64,000 bases of DNA from Spirochaetae bacterium HGW-Spirochaetae-3 (GTDB taxonomy: Bacteria > Spirochaetota > Spirochaetia > Treponematales > UBA12059), in contig PGXV01000005.1 in NCBI GenBank assembly GCA_002839315.1, positions 155,269 to 219,268 of the forward strand, given 5' to 3'. The notes beneath the pieces were generated by a model, which saw only the letters and a program-made list of their open reading frames with translations, searched no databases and was not told where the DNA came from. The position numbers and the translations under genes are program-made. This document shows positions 19,568 to 29,027 of the stretch, one piece after another. How positions within the stretch are numbered: position 1 is the first letter of the stretch; each line of letters starts with the position of its first letter.

Positions 19568-19791
19568 ACGAACTAACGTTTACGGATGTTGACCAGTATC
19601 GAGACTGGATCGACGAGCACAAAGACTATCACGTAGAGACTCTCTACACGCCCCTACCCATTCTGGTTGATTGGACTCGGCCGTTAATAATTCGAGTTGA
19701 GAATAATTCGATAACTCTTATCGAATATACTCAGGCTGGGAATGTTCGGTTGGTCGTAGAGAAGGATATAGGGACGGTAGTAGACATCTAA
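19564..19791 (+). CDS. Hypothetical phage protein
   Basis: ATGA overlap with upstream gene. Confidence 0.6.
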   Translation: MNELTFTDVDQYRDWIDEHKDYHVETLYTPLPILVDWTRPLIIRVENNSITLIEYTQAGNVRLVVEKDIGTVVDI

Positions 19792-19869
19792 AATCCTTTC
19801 ATCTCCCTGAGAAATCCCTTCGGTACAGGGTTCTCTCAGGGAGACGAGTAATCATGAAGGAGCGATTTG

Positions 19870-20175
19870 ATGGGAGCGCATATAGCAGATTCAGACATCT
19901 CTTCGGAAGAGTTTGAAGCATTTGCTAAGCATTTTCGAGGAGGGGCAGTTGTCGATAAATTGCATCCATTGATAACTACATCCTCCGAAATCCGCCAGTA
20001 CCATATCAACATGGTCAATCCGGATAAAGGATCGAGTTGTTTGAGTAGGAGTGGTCATCCTTTCTGGTATCTGTCCATGGCTGAGAAACGCGAGATAGCT
20101 GATATGTGGACTGAGGCATGGCTTAATCGGAGAGATGAATTTATTCGAGCCTTTCGACTACAGAAACTCGAATAG
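19870..20175 (+). CDS. Hypothetical phage protein
   Basis: AAGGAG RBS before ATG 19870. Confidence 0.55.
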   Translation: MGAHIADSDISSEEFEAFAKHFRGGAVVDKLHPLITTSSEIRQYHINMVNPDKGSSCLSRSGHPFWYLSMAEKREIADMWTEAWLNRRDEFIRAFRLQKLE

Positions 20176-20304
20176 TAATAATCTTTTCTAGTTTGTGAGA
20201 TGTTTTTCTCCGCTTATATTCAAAAACGACCTCTAAAAAAGGGACACTAATTAAACACGAAGGATAGCCATCACCTCCCCTTCATATGTATTTTTTAGTA
20301 TTTC

Positions 20305-20352
20305 AGCCTGATTATTCTTGCCGTGATGGGACGAGAATAATCGGGCTTTTTT
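20305..20352 (+). terminator. Intrinsic terminator
   Basis: AGCCTGATTATTCTTG/CGAGAATAATCGGGCT stem plus T-run. Confidence 0.75.
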
Positions 20353-20449
20353 ATTCTCCTTATTGCTTCTTCCTCCTTCGTACATGCACCACGCAAGAGA
20401 TACTAAGGGGAATAAAAATTCTGCTTCAATACTGAGGGAAAATAGCTTT

Positions 20450-20645
20450 AGTAATAGGGAGAACTAAAGGAAGATAAGCAGACCATAAGAAGAAAAAACC
20501 CGTATTTACTTACTCTATATACTAATAATAGGGAGATAAGGAGATAAGGAGATATTCTTTATATTTCTTATATTGATATCAGTAATCCACATCTAAATAT
20601 CTCGAATGTTGGAGAATACGGTATTTTGCTTATCTCCCTATTCTG
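20450..20645. other. Candidate phage replication origin
   Basis: Tandem GGAGATAA repeats at about 20532-20555, inverted copy CTTATCTCCCTATT at about 20629-20642, AT-rich, directly upstream of helicase. Confidence 0.45.
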
Positions 20646-20695
20646 CTCACAACCTATTTGCCTATCAGTACTAAATTAAACAAGGAGACAATACA

Positions 20696-22090
20696 ATGTC
20701 TGAAAAAATTATCTTAGGGGCTATTACAGATGCAGAGACTTTCGTAACACAGTTTATTGAAGCGAGGAACGTCGAACCTGATTGCGCTGGGTTCGTATAC
20801 ACAGACGATTTTAATCTCCGCTCCTCAATAGAGGATTTAACGAATCTTGTTCAAGCGAGCTTCCTTCAGTCCACCCGATATGCTGAGTCACAGATCGCAA
20901 CTTTATATAGTGAGTGGAGTGGCAAGCAGAGTGAGTATGCTGTATCGCGACGGTTGAAGTATCTCGAGGATTCGGAAGAGGCAGACGGAGGCTATGGCAG
21001 AGTGAACAGTCAAGCGTGGCTGAAGGAGACTCAGAGTGCATTCGAGGCTAAGAATCCGGCTCCACCTAAAAACCTTCCAGAAGCTGTTCGTCGAAAAGGA
21101 ATGAAACTAGCAACACTTAAGGAACTCGAGATATTCTGCAACAGATACACAGCAGATCATGACACTCTATACTTAAACCAAATCCGATCTCGCATAGTGG
21201 AAGAGGGAGATTACGAGCAAGAACTGAAGGAGTTCCGAGAAAAGTTAAACCTAAACGATTTCGAATCTAAAGCTGTAGCTAAGTGGATTCAGAATATAAA
21301 GCGACGTGTTTTAGGTATCCCTACAGGTACTGAGTTTGCACTTATCCTTACCGGTGATCAAGGAACTGGAAAGTCCTTGTTTGCAAGTAACCTTACAGCA
21401 GCACTTGGAGATAGCGTTCGAAAGTTTAATGTTGAAGAGTTATCTGATAAGGATGTTATTGGAAATTGTGGTAGTACAGCAGTAATGATATTTGACGAAT
21501 TTAGAGTTACAGATAGAGTTGGCCTTGAGATACTTAAGAGAGCTATTACATTAACAAAGTATGACTATCGTCCGGCATACTCACGTTTAACAAAGAGTAT
21601 TAATTCAATCGCAAGTTTTATATGCTCTTCAAATGAGGAACTCTCTGATCTCGTAATAGATACAGAGAATAGACGGTTTATCCAAATTACATGGGACAAG
21701 CGACTCGAAGTAAAACACGAAAAAGTGTATGAATACTACAAAACCATAAATTGGAAATCGTTTTTTGATTCAGTTCCTATCGAGACGGATGTGTGGAGTG
21801 AAAAGGAATATATCGCTAAGGTAGATCTCGTTAAGACCAATGTAAAAGCAGACGAGTTCCGTGATTTCGCCAGAGCACAAAGATCTGAGTTACGATCGCT
21901 CTGTGTGGATGTGACCTGGATAGCAGCTGCTGACTTACTGTCGGCGTTTAATCGATACAGGAAAGAGCTGGGCTTAAGTTACTCGTATAGCTTTAAGACA
22001 TTGGCTAGGGATACGAAGATAACTGGATGTGAAAGAAAGATACTTAATCGATTCAGTTGCTACAATATAGCGAGTTTAATTGAGGAGTAA
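20696..22090 (+). CDS. VapE-like SF3 helicase/ATPase (replication protein)
   Basis: Walker A GDQGTGKS, Walker B MIFDE, YRPAY, SFICSSN, ENRRF. Confidence 0.8.
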   Translation: MSEKIILGAITDAETFVTQFIEARNVEPDCAGFVYTDDFNLRSSIEDLTNLVQASFLQSTRYAESQIATLYSEWSGKQSEYAVSRRLKYLEDSEEADGGYGRVNSQAWLKETQSAFEAKNPAPPKNLPEAVRRKGMKLATLKELEIFCNRYTADHDTLYLNQIRSRIVEEGDYEQELKEFREKLNLNDFESKAVAKWIQNIKRRVLGIPTGTEFALILTGDQGTGKSLFASNLTAALGDSVRKFNVEELSDKDVIGNCGSTAVMIFDEFRVTDRVGLEILKRAITLTKYDYRPAYSRLTKSINSIASFICSSNEELSDLVIDTENRRFIQITWDKRLEVKHEKVYEYYKTINWKSFFDSVPIETDVWSEKEYIAKVDLVKTNVKADEFRDFARAQRSELRSLCVDVTWIAAADLLSAFNRYRKELGLSYSYSFKTLARDTKITGCERKILNRFSCYNIASLIEE

Positions 22091-22186
22091 GAAGCCGTAA
22101 ATAATCGGTCAACCTATTCCCAACCCCAGACTAATTACAGAGAAGATCGGGCCCCTACGGGGGCTTACTTCATTAAGGAGAATCTG

Positions 22187-22390
22187 ATGCTAGACACTAC
22201 ACCAGCTTGGTACGAACTTACCAACACGAAGACAGGGTACACATTCAAGATGTTCACACTTGAGGATATCAAGGCAAACTTCCTCGTTACACTTGCAGAT
22301 GCCGCCGCTGCATTTCGTGACAACGGATTGCTCACTGATAGACAGGGGCGAGAGTATCGATGCAGGGTTATCAGTCCTGGGAGAGAGTAA
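22187..22390 (+). CDS. Hypothetical phage protein
   Basis: AAGGAG RBS. Confidence 0.55.
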   Translation: MLDTTPAWYELTNTKTGYTFKMFTLEDIKANFLVTLADAAAAFRDNGLLTDRQGREYRCRVISPGRE

Positions 22391-22391
22391 T

Positions 22392-22673
22392 ATGACACCA
22401 TCCTTTACACTACTTACTCTCCCTTCATGCGGTCCCTGTAAGGCGATGAAAAATATGTTAGAGGCAATTCAATATGAAGATAACATACAACTTCGATTCG
22501 ACTATGAGATCATCAATATTGAGAGACGAGATGACCTTGTGAAAGAGTATGAGGTCGACGGTGTCCCGGTTTTAATCTCCCCTACAGGGAAGACACTGAG
22601 ACATCTATTATCACGAGACCGACTACGAGCTTGGCTACAAGAAGAGATCAGCATTCTTAATGATAACCTTTGA
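22392..22673 (+). CDS. Thioredoxin/glutaredoxin-like protein
   Basis: CGPC motif and cis-Pro GVPVL. Confidence 0.75.
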   Translation: MTPSFTLLTLPSCGPCKAMKNMLEAIQYEDNIQLRFDYEIINIERRDDLVKEYEVDGVPVLISPTGKTLRHLLSRDRLRAWLQEEISILNDNL

Positions 22674-22716
22674 ATGCCGCAGCGAGGCTGTTCGGTATGA
22701 GGGGTTCTAGGAGGAC

Positions 22717-22875
22717 ATGATGACTTTTACATTAAAACGAGATGGATCAGATCGAACGTTAATAACTGATAGTCCACTCAGCGTCGCATCTACACTTCGT
22801 ATCCCATTAACAATGATTATGAGAGTAGGCGAATCGATTAAGCGAAATAACTGGACAGCAAGGCGGATAGCATGA
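22717..22875 (+). CDS. Small hypothetical protein (52 aa, not in ORF track)
   Basis: AGGAGG RBS; MMTFTLKRDG...RRIA*; ATGA overlap with next ORF. Confidence 0.5.
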   Translation: MMTFTLKRDGSDRTLITDSPLSVASTLRIPLTMIMRVGESIKRNNWTARRIA

Positions 22876-22997
22876 CGTTCGGCGAGCGATTGAGAGACCT
22901 TCTGTACGGCGACGAGACCGCGAGTACGGCTGCTATGTTAACAGATGAGGAAAGGCAGCAGATTGAAGAGTTCATAGGGCAAATTCGTCTATACTAA
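22872..22997 (+). CDS. Small hypothetical protein (41 aa, not in ORF track)
   Basis: MTFGERLRDLL...QIRLY*; translationally coupled. Confidence 0.45.
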   Translation: MTFGERLRDLLYGDETASTAAMLTDEERQQIEEFIGQIRLY

Positions 22998-23069
22998 TTA
23001 AACGTTCTCCTTATTGCCCGCTGGTGACGTATATGTCCTGGCGGGCTTTTTATTTTGTACTAACTACTC

Positions 23070-23396
23070 ATGAAAGAATCAACATTCAGCGAGCAGCACA
23101 GTAAGTTTAGGACGAGCAAGGAATGGAAAGCATTTCGCTTATCGATAATTGAAGAGCGACAGAAAAAATGTGAGTGTTGTGGGGTACAGAAAAATAATGC
23201 ATCGCGATTACAGCTTCATCATATCTTCCCGTTAGATTACACAAACTTATCTCCTGAACGATTCGCTCTCCTCTGTGCTAATTGCCATGCCGAGATAGAG
23301 CGTTTATCTAAACGTCTCAGAGGTAAGAAAGCGGGGACGATTGAGAACCTTGATGCGTGGATGGAATTATACGGACGATTTCTTCCGCACTACTAA
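23070..23396 (+). CDS. HNH endonuclease
   Basis: CECCG...LQLHH...LLCANCH. Confidence 0.85.
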   Translation: MKESTFSEQHSKFRTSKEWKAFRLSIIEERQKKCECCGVQKNNASRLQLHHIFPLDYTNLSPERFALLCANCHAEIERLSKRLRGKKAGTIENLDAWMELYGRFLPHY

Positions 23397-23419
23397 TTAA
23401 ATAAGAGGGAGAAAGAAGG

Positions 23420-23776
23420 ATGACACAAGAAGAGATTCTAATTAACTACCCGGAACTCGCGGGAGCAGACCTTGGCGAGGTTAACGAGGCTATTGAGAGG
23501 TATCTAAGGATACAGGAAGAAGAGAGGTATGCAGCAGAGGACGCTATAAAATTGCAGCGGATACAAGAGGAAGCGAGGATTCAACAAGAGCGCTTTAGGA
23601 GAGTATCTGCCCTTGTCGACAAGATGGTTGAAGCGAGGAAAGAAAAAGCAGAGTCGAAAAACATTATTGTAAACGTCTATCTTGATCACGTTTATCTTGA
23701 TCGCCAGCTAACAGCCAAAGAGCTAGAAATAGCAATACGAGATGGAATTATAAACGCTGAGGCGTCTGGCTCATGA
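23420..23776 (+). CDS. Hypothetical phage protein
   Basis: 118 aa, charged helical. Confidence 0.6.
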   Translation: MTQEEILINYPELAGADLGEVNEAIERYLRIQEEERYAAEDAIKLQRIQEEARIQQERFRRVSALVDKMVEARKEKAESKNIIVNVYLDHVYLDRQLTAKELEIAIRDGIINAEASGS

Positions 23777-23880
23777 ACAGCATACAAGTAATCATTTTGA
23801 GCATGCTTGCAGTGCCAATCTACATAGCAGTGTTGAACGTACTACTACAACTTGGAGCTTATTTACAGAGGAAGAAGTAG
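23773..23880 (+). CDS. Small single-TM peptide (35 aa, not in ORF track)
   Basis: MNSIQVIILSMLAVPIYIAVLNVLLQLGAYLQRKK; ATGA overlap; terminator follows. Confidence 0.5.
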   Translation: MNSIQVIILSMLAVPIYIAVLNVLLQLGAYLQRKK

Positions 23881-23885
23881 GTCGA

Positions 23886-23916
23886 GGAGCCGGGGAGTTA
23901 TCCCAGCTCCTTTTTC
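23886..23916 (+). terminator. Terminator between convergent genes
   Basis: GGAGCCGGG..CCCAGCTCC followed by TTTTT. Confidence 0.6.
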
Positions 23917-23918
23917 TA

Positions 23919-24797
23919 TTATAAATCTTCTATACGGAGCAGTTCAGAGGGAATCTTAATAGTACTAGCCTGGACTTTCTTACCCTTAGTAGTGAGAGTC
24001 TTCCATAGTTCCTCGTTGCGGTAACTAATCACATCTGCTGGAGATTGGGCTATCTGTTTTCCCTTCTGCGTCTGCGTTGGCTTACTCAGCTTTAGGTAAT
24101 CTTTTGCGATTGCCTCGATATAAGCTTTATCGAGGATGGAATAATTTGCGATAGCTACACGGTACCGCGCTGTATTCTCCTCGATTGAGTATAAGCTACC
24201 ACCGGCCTTTACTAAGCCTATCATAATGTCAAGTTTTGGATTGTAGGATGTACATTCGGTAAATGCAATTTCAAGGTCCGAGAAAGAAGTTATGATGACA
24301 TACGTGCCGGTAATGAATATGTCCTTGTAGCTAACCAGCCGTTCCCAATTGATTACATCACCATACTTATCTGCGTAATTTGCAATCTGTGTAACAGTTG
24401 ACTCGGCGATGCTTGAATCACTAAATGATCCTGATACAAATGAACCAAATCCTGCGCTTATGATCGTTTCCTTTTTAATATATCTTCGACAGCGTTGTGC
24501 GTTAACAATTGATTGACTAACAAGCTTCGCGTTGTCAACAATTAGGGCAGGTATACCAAGCCTTTGTACTTTTCCATTAGCGCTGATAGAGTACACATTT
24601 CCAATTAGATCGTACGGGTTGATAGCGGCAACACCATAAGAGATTTTAAGTTGAAGTCCTTCGGTAGCGGGTAAATCAAGCTCGCTGCTTAATTTGGCTC
24701 CCTTTTTTTCGGTGAAGTTGACTGTCTGAGAATCTGTTGGTGTTTGTTTCTTTGTTGCTTTCTCAGATCCTTTTGGCTCTTTATCAGCTTTTGCCAT
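23919..24797 (-). CDS. Antisense moron, unknown function
   Basis: 292 aa; AAGGAGG RBS; TTGACT-17-CATAAC promoter-like sequence upstream. Confidence 0.8.
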   Translation of the reverse strand: MAKADKEPKGSEKATKKQTPTDSQTVNFTEKKGAKLSSELDLPATEGLQLKISYGVAAINPYDLIGNVYSISANGKVQRLGIPALIVDNAKLVSQSIVNAQRCRRYIKKETIISAGFGSFVSGSFSDSSIAESTVTQIANYADKYGDVINWERLVSYKDIFITGTYVIITSFSDLEIAFTECTSYNPKLDIMIGLVKAGGSLYSIEENTARYRVAIANYSILDKAYIEAIAKDYLKLSKPTQTQKGKQIAQSPADVISYRNEELWKTLTTKGKKVQASTIKIPSELLRIEDL

Positions 24798-24909
24798 TTA
24801 GATCCTCCTTGCTTCAAATAGTTATGAATCTACTTATGTGAAAAGTCAATGGATTTATTACTTAACGGGTGTGTAGCCTAATGTTGATAAATGTTTACAC
24901 TAATTATAA

Positions 24910-25260
24910 ATGGTTAAATTCTATCTATGCCGTCACCCCGGTTGTCGCCAACGAATACCGATCATGGGGTACTGCATTAAGCATCAAGCACTACATCAAC
25001 CATTCGCAGCGCGAGTAGTAGCACCGACAGTCAACTGGCAACATCTATACAACTCAGCTCGATGGCGAAATGCTCGTAAGGCATTTTTAATCGAGCATCC
25101 ATACTGCGCGGTATGCGGAAGAGAAGCCACAATCGTTCATCACAGCATACCACATAGAGGTAACGAAGAGTTATTTTGGGATGAAGTGTATTGGGAACCA
25201 ATCTGTAAGCACTGCCACAGTAAAGAAACCTTAAAAGAAGAACGAGCGAGACGGAGCTAA
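24910..25260 (+). CDS. HNH endonuclease, terminase-associated (HK97 gp74-like)
   Basis: CRHPGC...YCIKH, YNSARWR, HPYCAVC, HH.IPH.G...LFWD..WEPICKHCH. Confidence 0.88.
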   Translation: MVKFYLCRHPGCRQRIPIMGYCIKHQALHQPFAARVVAPTVNWQHLYNSARWRNARKAFLIEHPYCAVCGREATIVHHSIPHRGNEELFWDEVYWEPICKHCHSKETLKEERARRS

Positions 25261-25369
25261 GAAGAGGTATATATGGGGGATAAAAAACAGGTGGTAATCT
25301 ACCTTATACCACCCCCCTCTCCCATTTTTTATATAAGTCAATTCACGGAATCTGACTCTTGGAGAATCA

Positions 25370-25993
25370 ATGCCACGGCCAAAAGTACCAACTGCTGAGA
25401 AAAAAAAGAAAGGAACTCTCGGCTCATACGATAAGGATAGAATCGACGATAGACTTCCAGCACTCATGAAAGAAGGAATTCCGAGCATTATCGTCCCCCC
25501 TGATAATGTACCTGTAGCGACGGAACCTGTTTGGTACCGTGTCTCTGGTCGGCTGTCAGCAGCAGGAATTTGGACTGACCTTGATATCGATTACTTAGTT
25601 CAAACATGCATCGAGTTAAACCAGCTCATCACTATAGATAAAGACATTGATCGTTATCGCTCGAAGATGGACGAGTATGAAAGTGCATTGAGCGAGGTAG
25701 AGAGTAGCGACCTAGAGGAAGCAGACAAATCGAATAGCATTAACCATCTGAGAAGTGAACTCGACTACTATCGTAACTGGTGGTCTAAGCTCTTAACAAA
25801 GCGTATGAATACATCAGCGTCATTCGTTAAGTATGCTTCTAAACTCGGAATGTCACCATCCGATAGAGCCGGATTGAAATTAGTTCTCGTTAGCGCAGAT
25901 AAGATAGAGAGAGACACTAAGCCGAAGAGCGCACTTCAGCGAGCGGCAACACGACCAGGACTACCTGTTATGGAGGTGGTCGATGGAAGTTGA
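25370..25993 (+). CDS. Terminase small subunit (P27-like)
   Basis: MPRPKVPT..KK.KG N-terminus, LGMSPSDRA motif, position. Confidence 0.8.
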   Translation: MPRPKVPTAEKKKKGTLGSYDKDRIDDRLPALMKEGIPSIIVPPDNVPVATEPVWYRVSGRLSAAGIWTDLDIDYLVQTCIELNQLITIDKDIDRYRSKMDEYESALSEVESSDLEEADKSNSINHLRSELDYYRNWWSKLLTKRMNTSASFVKYASKLGMSPSDRAGLKLVLVSADKIERDTKPKSALQRAATRPGLPVMEVVDGS

Positions 25994-27749
25994 TAGAGTA
26001 TATCAATATGCAGATGACGTATTATCAGGAAAGATACTTGCGAATAAGTACATAAAACAAGTCTGTAAGAAGTTTCAGGCTGATCTCAAGCGCAAAGATG
26101 ATGAGTGGGAATACTATTTCTCTCCGGAAATCGCAGAAGAAGTGGTTTCTGTTTGTCAAACATTTAGGTTTTTTGAAGGATCAGTAGCTGGAGAGAAGGT
26201 TCATCTGCCTGATTGGCAAGTGTTTTTTGTAGCCAATATATATGGATGGCATCGAAGAAGTGATAATCAGAGACGCTACCGACGCTCTCTTCTTTATGTC
26301 GGAAGATATAATGCAAAAACATTCCTAACAGCCCTTCTTGCGCTATATGAACTCTTGACTGTGAAAAATGGGCTTGCCGTATCCGTCGCGACCTCTACGG
26401 AACAGGCTGAGCAAGTCCTTAATTATATGAAGAAGCTCGTAGGAGCAATGGATGGTGATCCCGATTTTCTTGATGATGCAGGTGATCCGTTACTTGAAGT
26501 CTACGATTCAGCTATCTACTGTCCAAGTCGAGGATCGAGTTACTGCACAAAATCATCATCCGTTCGTAAGTTGCAGGGCTTTCATCCAACACTGCTAATA
26601 GGCGACGAGATCGCTTCATACCCAGAAACATATCGAATTATAGATGTGATTGAGAGTGGAATGAAGCAGCAGGCCCCACGACCGCTAACGATATTCACAA
26701 CTACGGGCGATCAGAATATTCACTCCATTGGTTATAACGAGTTCGAAAAGGCAAAGAAGATTCTATCGGGCCGGTTTCCCGATGAGAGCTACTTTCCAAT
26801 GATCTACTGCATCGACGACAACGATAAGTGGGATGATATATCGATAATCGGGAAAGCGAATCCGAATCTTGGTATATCGGTATCTCTTGAGGAAATAAAG
26901 CAAGCTCTAAGTGATGTTAAAATGTATCATGATCCTGCGCAGGAGCTTGAGTACAGAGTAAAGACAGCCAACGTATTCGTTCCAGGGATCAAGGGCGGGT
27001 TTACTGATAAGGAAATACAGGCAGCTATCGATAACAGTAAAAAAAGAAAGTATAAAGACTACCTAACAGATGAATATCTTGCTACGTGCCCATGCGCTGG
27101 TGGAATAGATTTGTCGAAACGGTTCGATTTCACAGCGTATACGCTCTATTGGTACATAGCAGAAATCGATATGTATTACGCTCGACATAGGTTCTATATT
27201 CCAGAAGATCAAATTGCTGCAAAGATGAAGACAGATGCTACGGGAATTCGTAAGTGGATAGAGGACGGGTTTATCAAACCTACGCCGGGCAAATCGATAG
27301 ATTATCATTACTTGAAGAAGGATTTAGATGCAGACCTTCAGCAATTTTCGATACGGGAACTTGGATACGATCAACGATACTCTTCCGATCTGATAACCAC
27401 TTTAGAAAGCAAGTATCCAGACCTGCCAACAATACTAACAGCTATTCCGAATAGTCATCAGAAGCAGCATGAAAACCTCGGAGCATGGAGAGAGATACTC
27501 GTCAACGAGAAATTAATTGATGGCAATCCTGTATGGGCGTGGATGATGACGAATGCTTCGCTAACAAGTATTCACGGATTGTCTTTTGTAGAGAAGATCG
27601 GTGATACGGAAGCAGCGAAGAGTACAAAACGAATTGATGGTGTAGATACATCAATCCTGGCATTCAATAGTCTTCGCGGGGATTCAGGAGATGAAGGGGC
27701 TGGTGAAAAAGCGCTTAGTGATTTTCTCTCTTATCGGCTGTACCACTAA
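25983..27749 (+). CDS. Terminase large subunit
   Basis: PDWQ.F, GRYNAKT Walker A variant, LIGDE, KANPNLG, GGIDLS, RIDG nuclease motifs. Confidence 0.93.
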   Translation: MEVDRVYQYADDVLSGKILANKYIKQVCKKFQADLKRKDDEWEYYFSPEIAEEVVSVCQTFRFFEGSVAGEKVHLPDWQVFFVANIYGWHRRSDNQRRYRRSLLYVGRYNAKTFLTALLALYELLTVKNGLAVSVATSTEQAEQVLNYMKKLVGAMDGDPDFLDDAGDPLLEVYDSAIYCPSRGSSYCTKSSSVRKLQGFHPTLLIGDEIASYPETYRIIDVIESGMKQQAPRPLTIFTTTGDQNIHSIGYNEFEKAKKILSGRFPDESYFPMIYCIDDNDKWDDISIIGKANPNLGISVSLEEIKQALSDVKMYHDPAQELEYRVKTANVFVPGIKGGFTDKEIQAAIDNSKKRKYKDYLTDEYLATCPCAGGIDLSKRFDFTAYTLYWYIAEIDMYYARHRFYIPEDQIAAKMKTDATGIRKWIEDGFIKPTPGKSIDYHYLKKDLDADLQQFSIRELGYDQRYSSDLITTLESKYPDLPTILTAIPNSHQKQHENLGAWREILVNEKLIDGNPVWAWMMTNASLTSIHGLSFVEKIGDTEAAKSTKRIDGVDTSILAFNSLRGDSGDEGAGEKALSDFLSYRLYH

Positions 27750-27768
27750 TTAGAAATAGGAAACACCA

Positions 27769-28998
27769 ATGGCATTATTTAACCGTAAGAAATCCTTTGA
27801 TCCGCAATCATACTTTAGCACCATCATTCTTCCCTATATCCGGTCGTACCCGTTAAAAATGAATTCAACCGTTAGCGCGATCTTGGATGCAATAGCAACA
27901 ACGTACGCTACGTTAGGGCTGGGTCTCTACAATATCGAAACAGGGATGCCGGTACTACCCGGTGAGCATCCTCTAGCAGCGCGGCTTAATCAACCGAACA
28001 GTAGAGAAGGCCCTTCGCAGCTCATGTATAAGATGGCATATCAATACAAGCTAACCGGTAATGTGTTTCTGCTCTATACCGATAAAAGCTCACTAAATGT
28101 CCTAGACTCATCGAGCATTGAAGTAGATCGCAGCTCAGTATTGCCACGATATATAGATAGGATAAACCATAAAGTGTACTCCGACGCGGAGGTGGCGCAT
28201 ATATTCGACCCGCGATACGACGATGGAATTATTGGGCACTCGGCACTTGAGATAAATAAGGACGCAGTTGATCGGCTAAACATATTGCAGCTATATCAAG
28301 ATTTGTACTTCAAAAACACAGCGGGTGAGCGGCTCATCATTAACTTAGACCCAGACATGACAAAGATGCTACTTAAAGATGATAAAAAGAAAGTGTTTGA
28401 CGCGTTTGTGCAAGCAAATTTACTAGGCCCTCTTAACGCTGGTAAGCCAGCTCTCGCTCCAACAGGATCAAAAATCGAATTGATAAAGCAGACTACAAGT
28501 CTGGAGTCACAAGTAGAACTATCAAAAGACAGTCTGAAAAAAGATGTTGCGAACGTACTCGCGTGTCCGCACTACATGATTACTGGTGAATATGGAAACA
28601 ATCTTGACGAGCAGCAAACCGTGTACTTCCGTAGGTCAATATTATCAATGTCAGATATTCTCGGTGAGGGGCTCAACCATTTTCTAACTCCAAGCGAGAG
28701 ACGCAAGTTTAACTTTAAGCACGACTTCGGCAACCTGCTTTACCCAAGCACTGAGAAACTGTCTGCTATGCTTCTAAAAGAAATACGTGGTGGAGTCAGG
28801 ACAAGGAATGAAGCAAGAAAGATTCTAGGTCTCTCACCGTACATCGGTGAACAGACAGAGGTCGGCGACGTGCTTGCATGGGAAGCAAACCTTGTACCAG
28901 CGCTAAACGAATATCTTCCCCTCTACTTTGCCAATGCTCAGAAAACAATCAATGACGATAAAGAGAAGGCAGAGAACGCCAATCCTAACACAAAATAA
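27769..28998 (+). CDS. Portal protein (HK97 family)
   Basis: HPL..LNQPN, GNVF, EVAHI, NAGK, TRNEARKILGLSP. Confidence 0.9.
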   Translation: MALFNRKKSFDPQSYFSTIILPYIRSYPLKMNSTVSAILDAIATTYATLGLGLYNIETGMPVLPGEHPLAARLNQPNSREGPSQLMYKMAYQYKLTGNVFLLYTDKSSLNVLDSSSIEVDRSSVLPRYIDRINHKVYSDAEVAHIFDPRYDDGIIGHSALEINKDAVDRLNILQLYQDLYFKNTAGERLIINLDPDMTKMLLKDDKKKVFDAFVQANLLGPLNAGKPALAPTGSKIELIKQTTSLESQVELSKDSLKKDVANVLACPHYMITGEYGNNLDEQQTVYFRRSILSMSDILGEGLNHFLTPSERRKFNFKHDFGNLLYPSTEKLSAMLLKEIRGGVRTRNEARKILGLSPYIGEQTEVGDVLAWEANLVPALNEYLPLYFANAQKTINDDKEKAENANPNTK

Positions 28999-29027
28999 AG
29001 TGACACTAATTAAACGGAGAATAAATA

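Noticed and set aside
26300..26322. Terminase Walker A reads GRYNAKT rather than GKT
   Set aside because: NAK(S/T) variants occur in this terminase family; not evidence of inactivation
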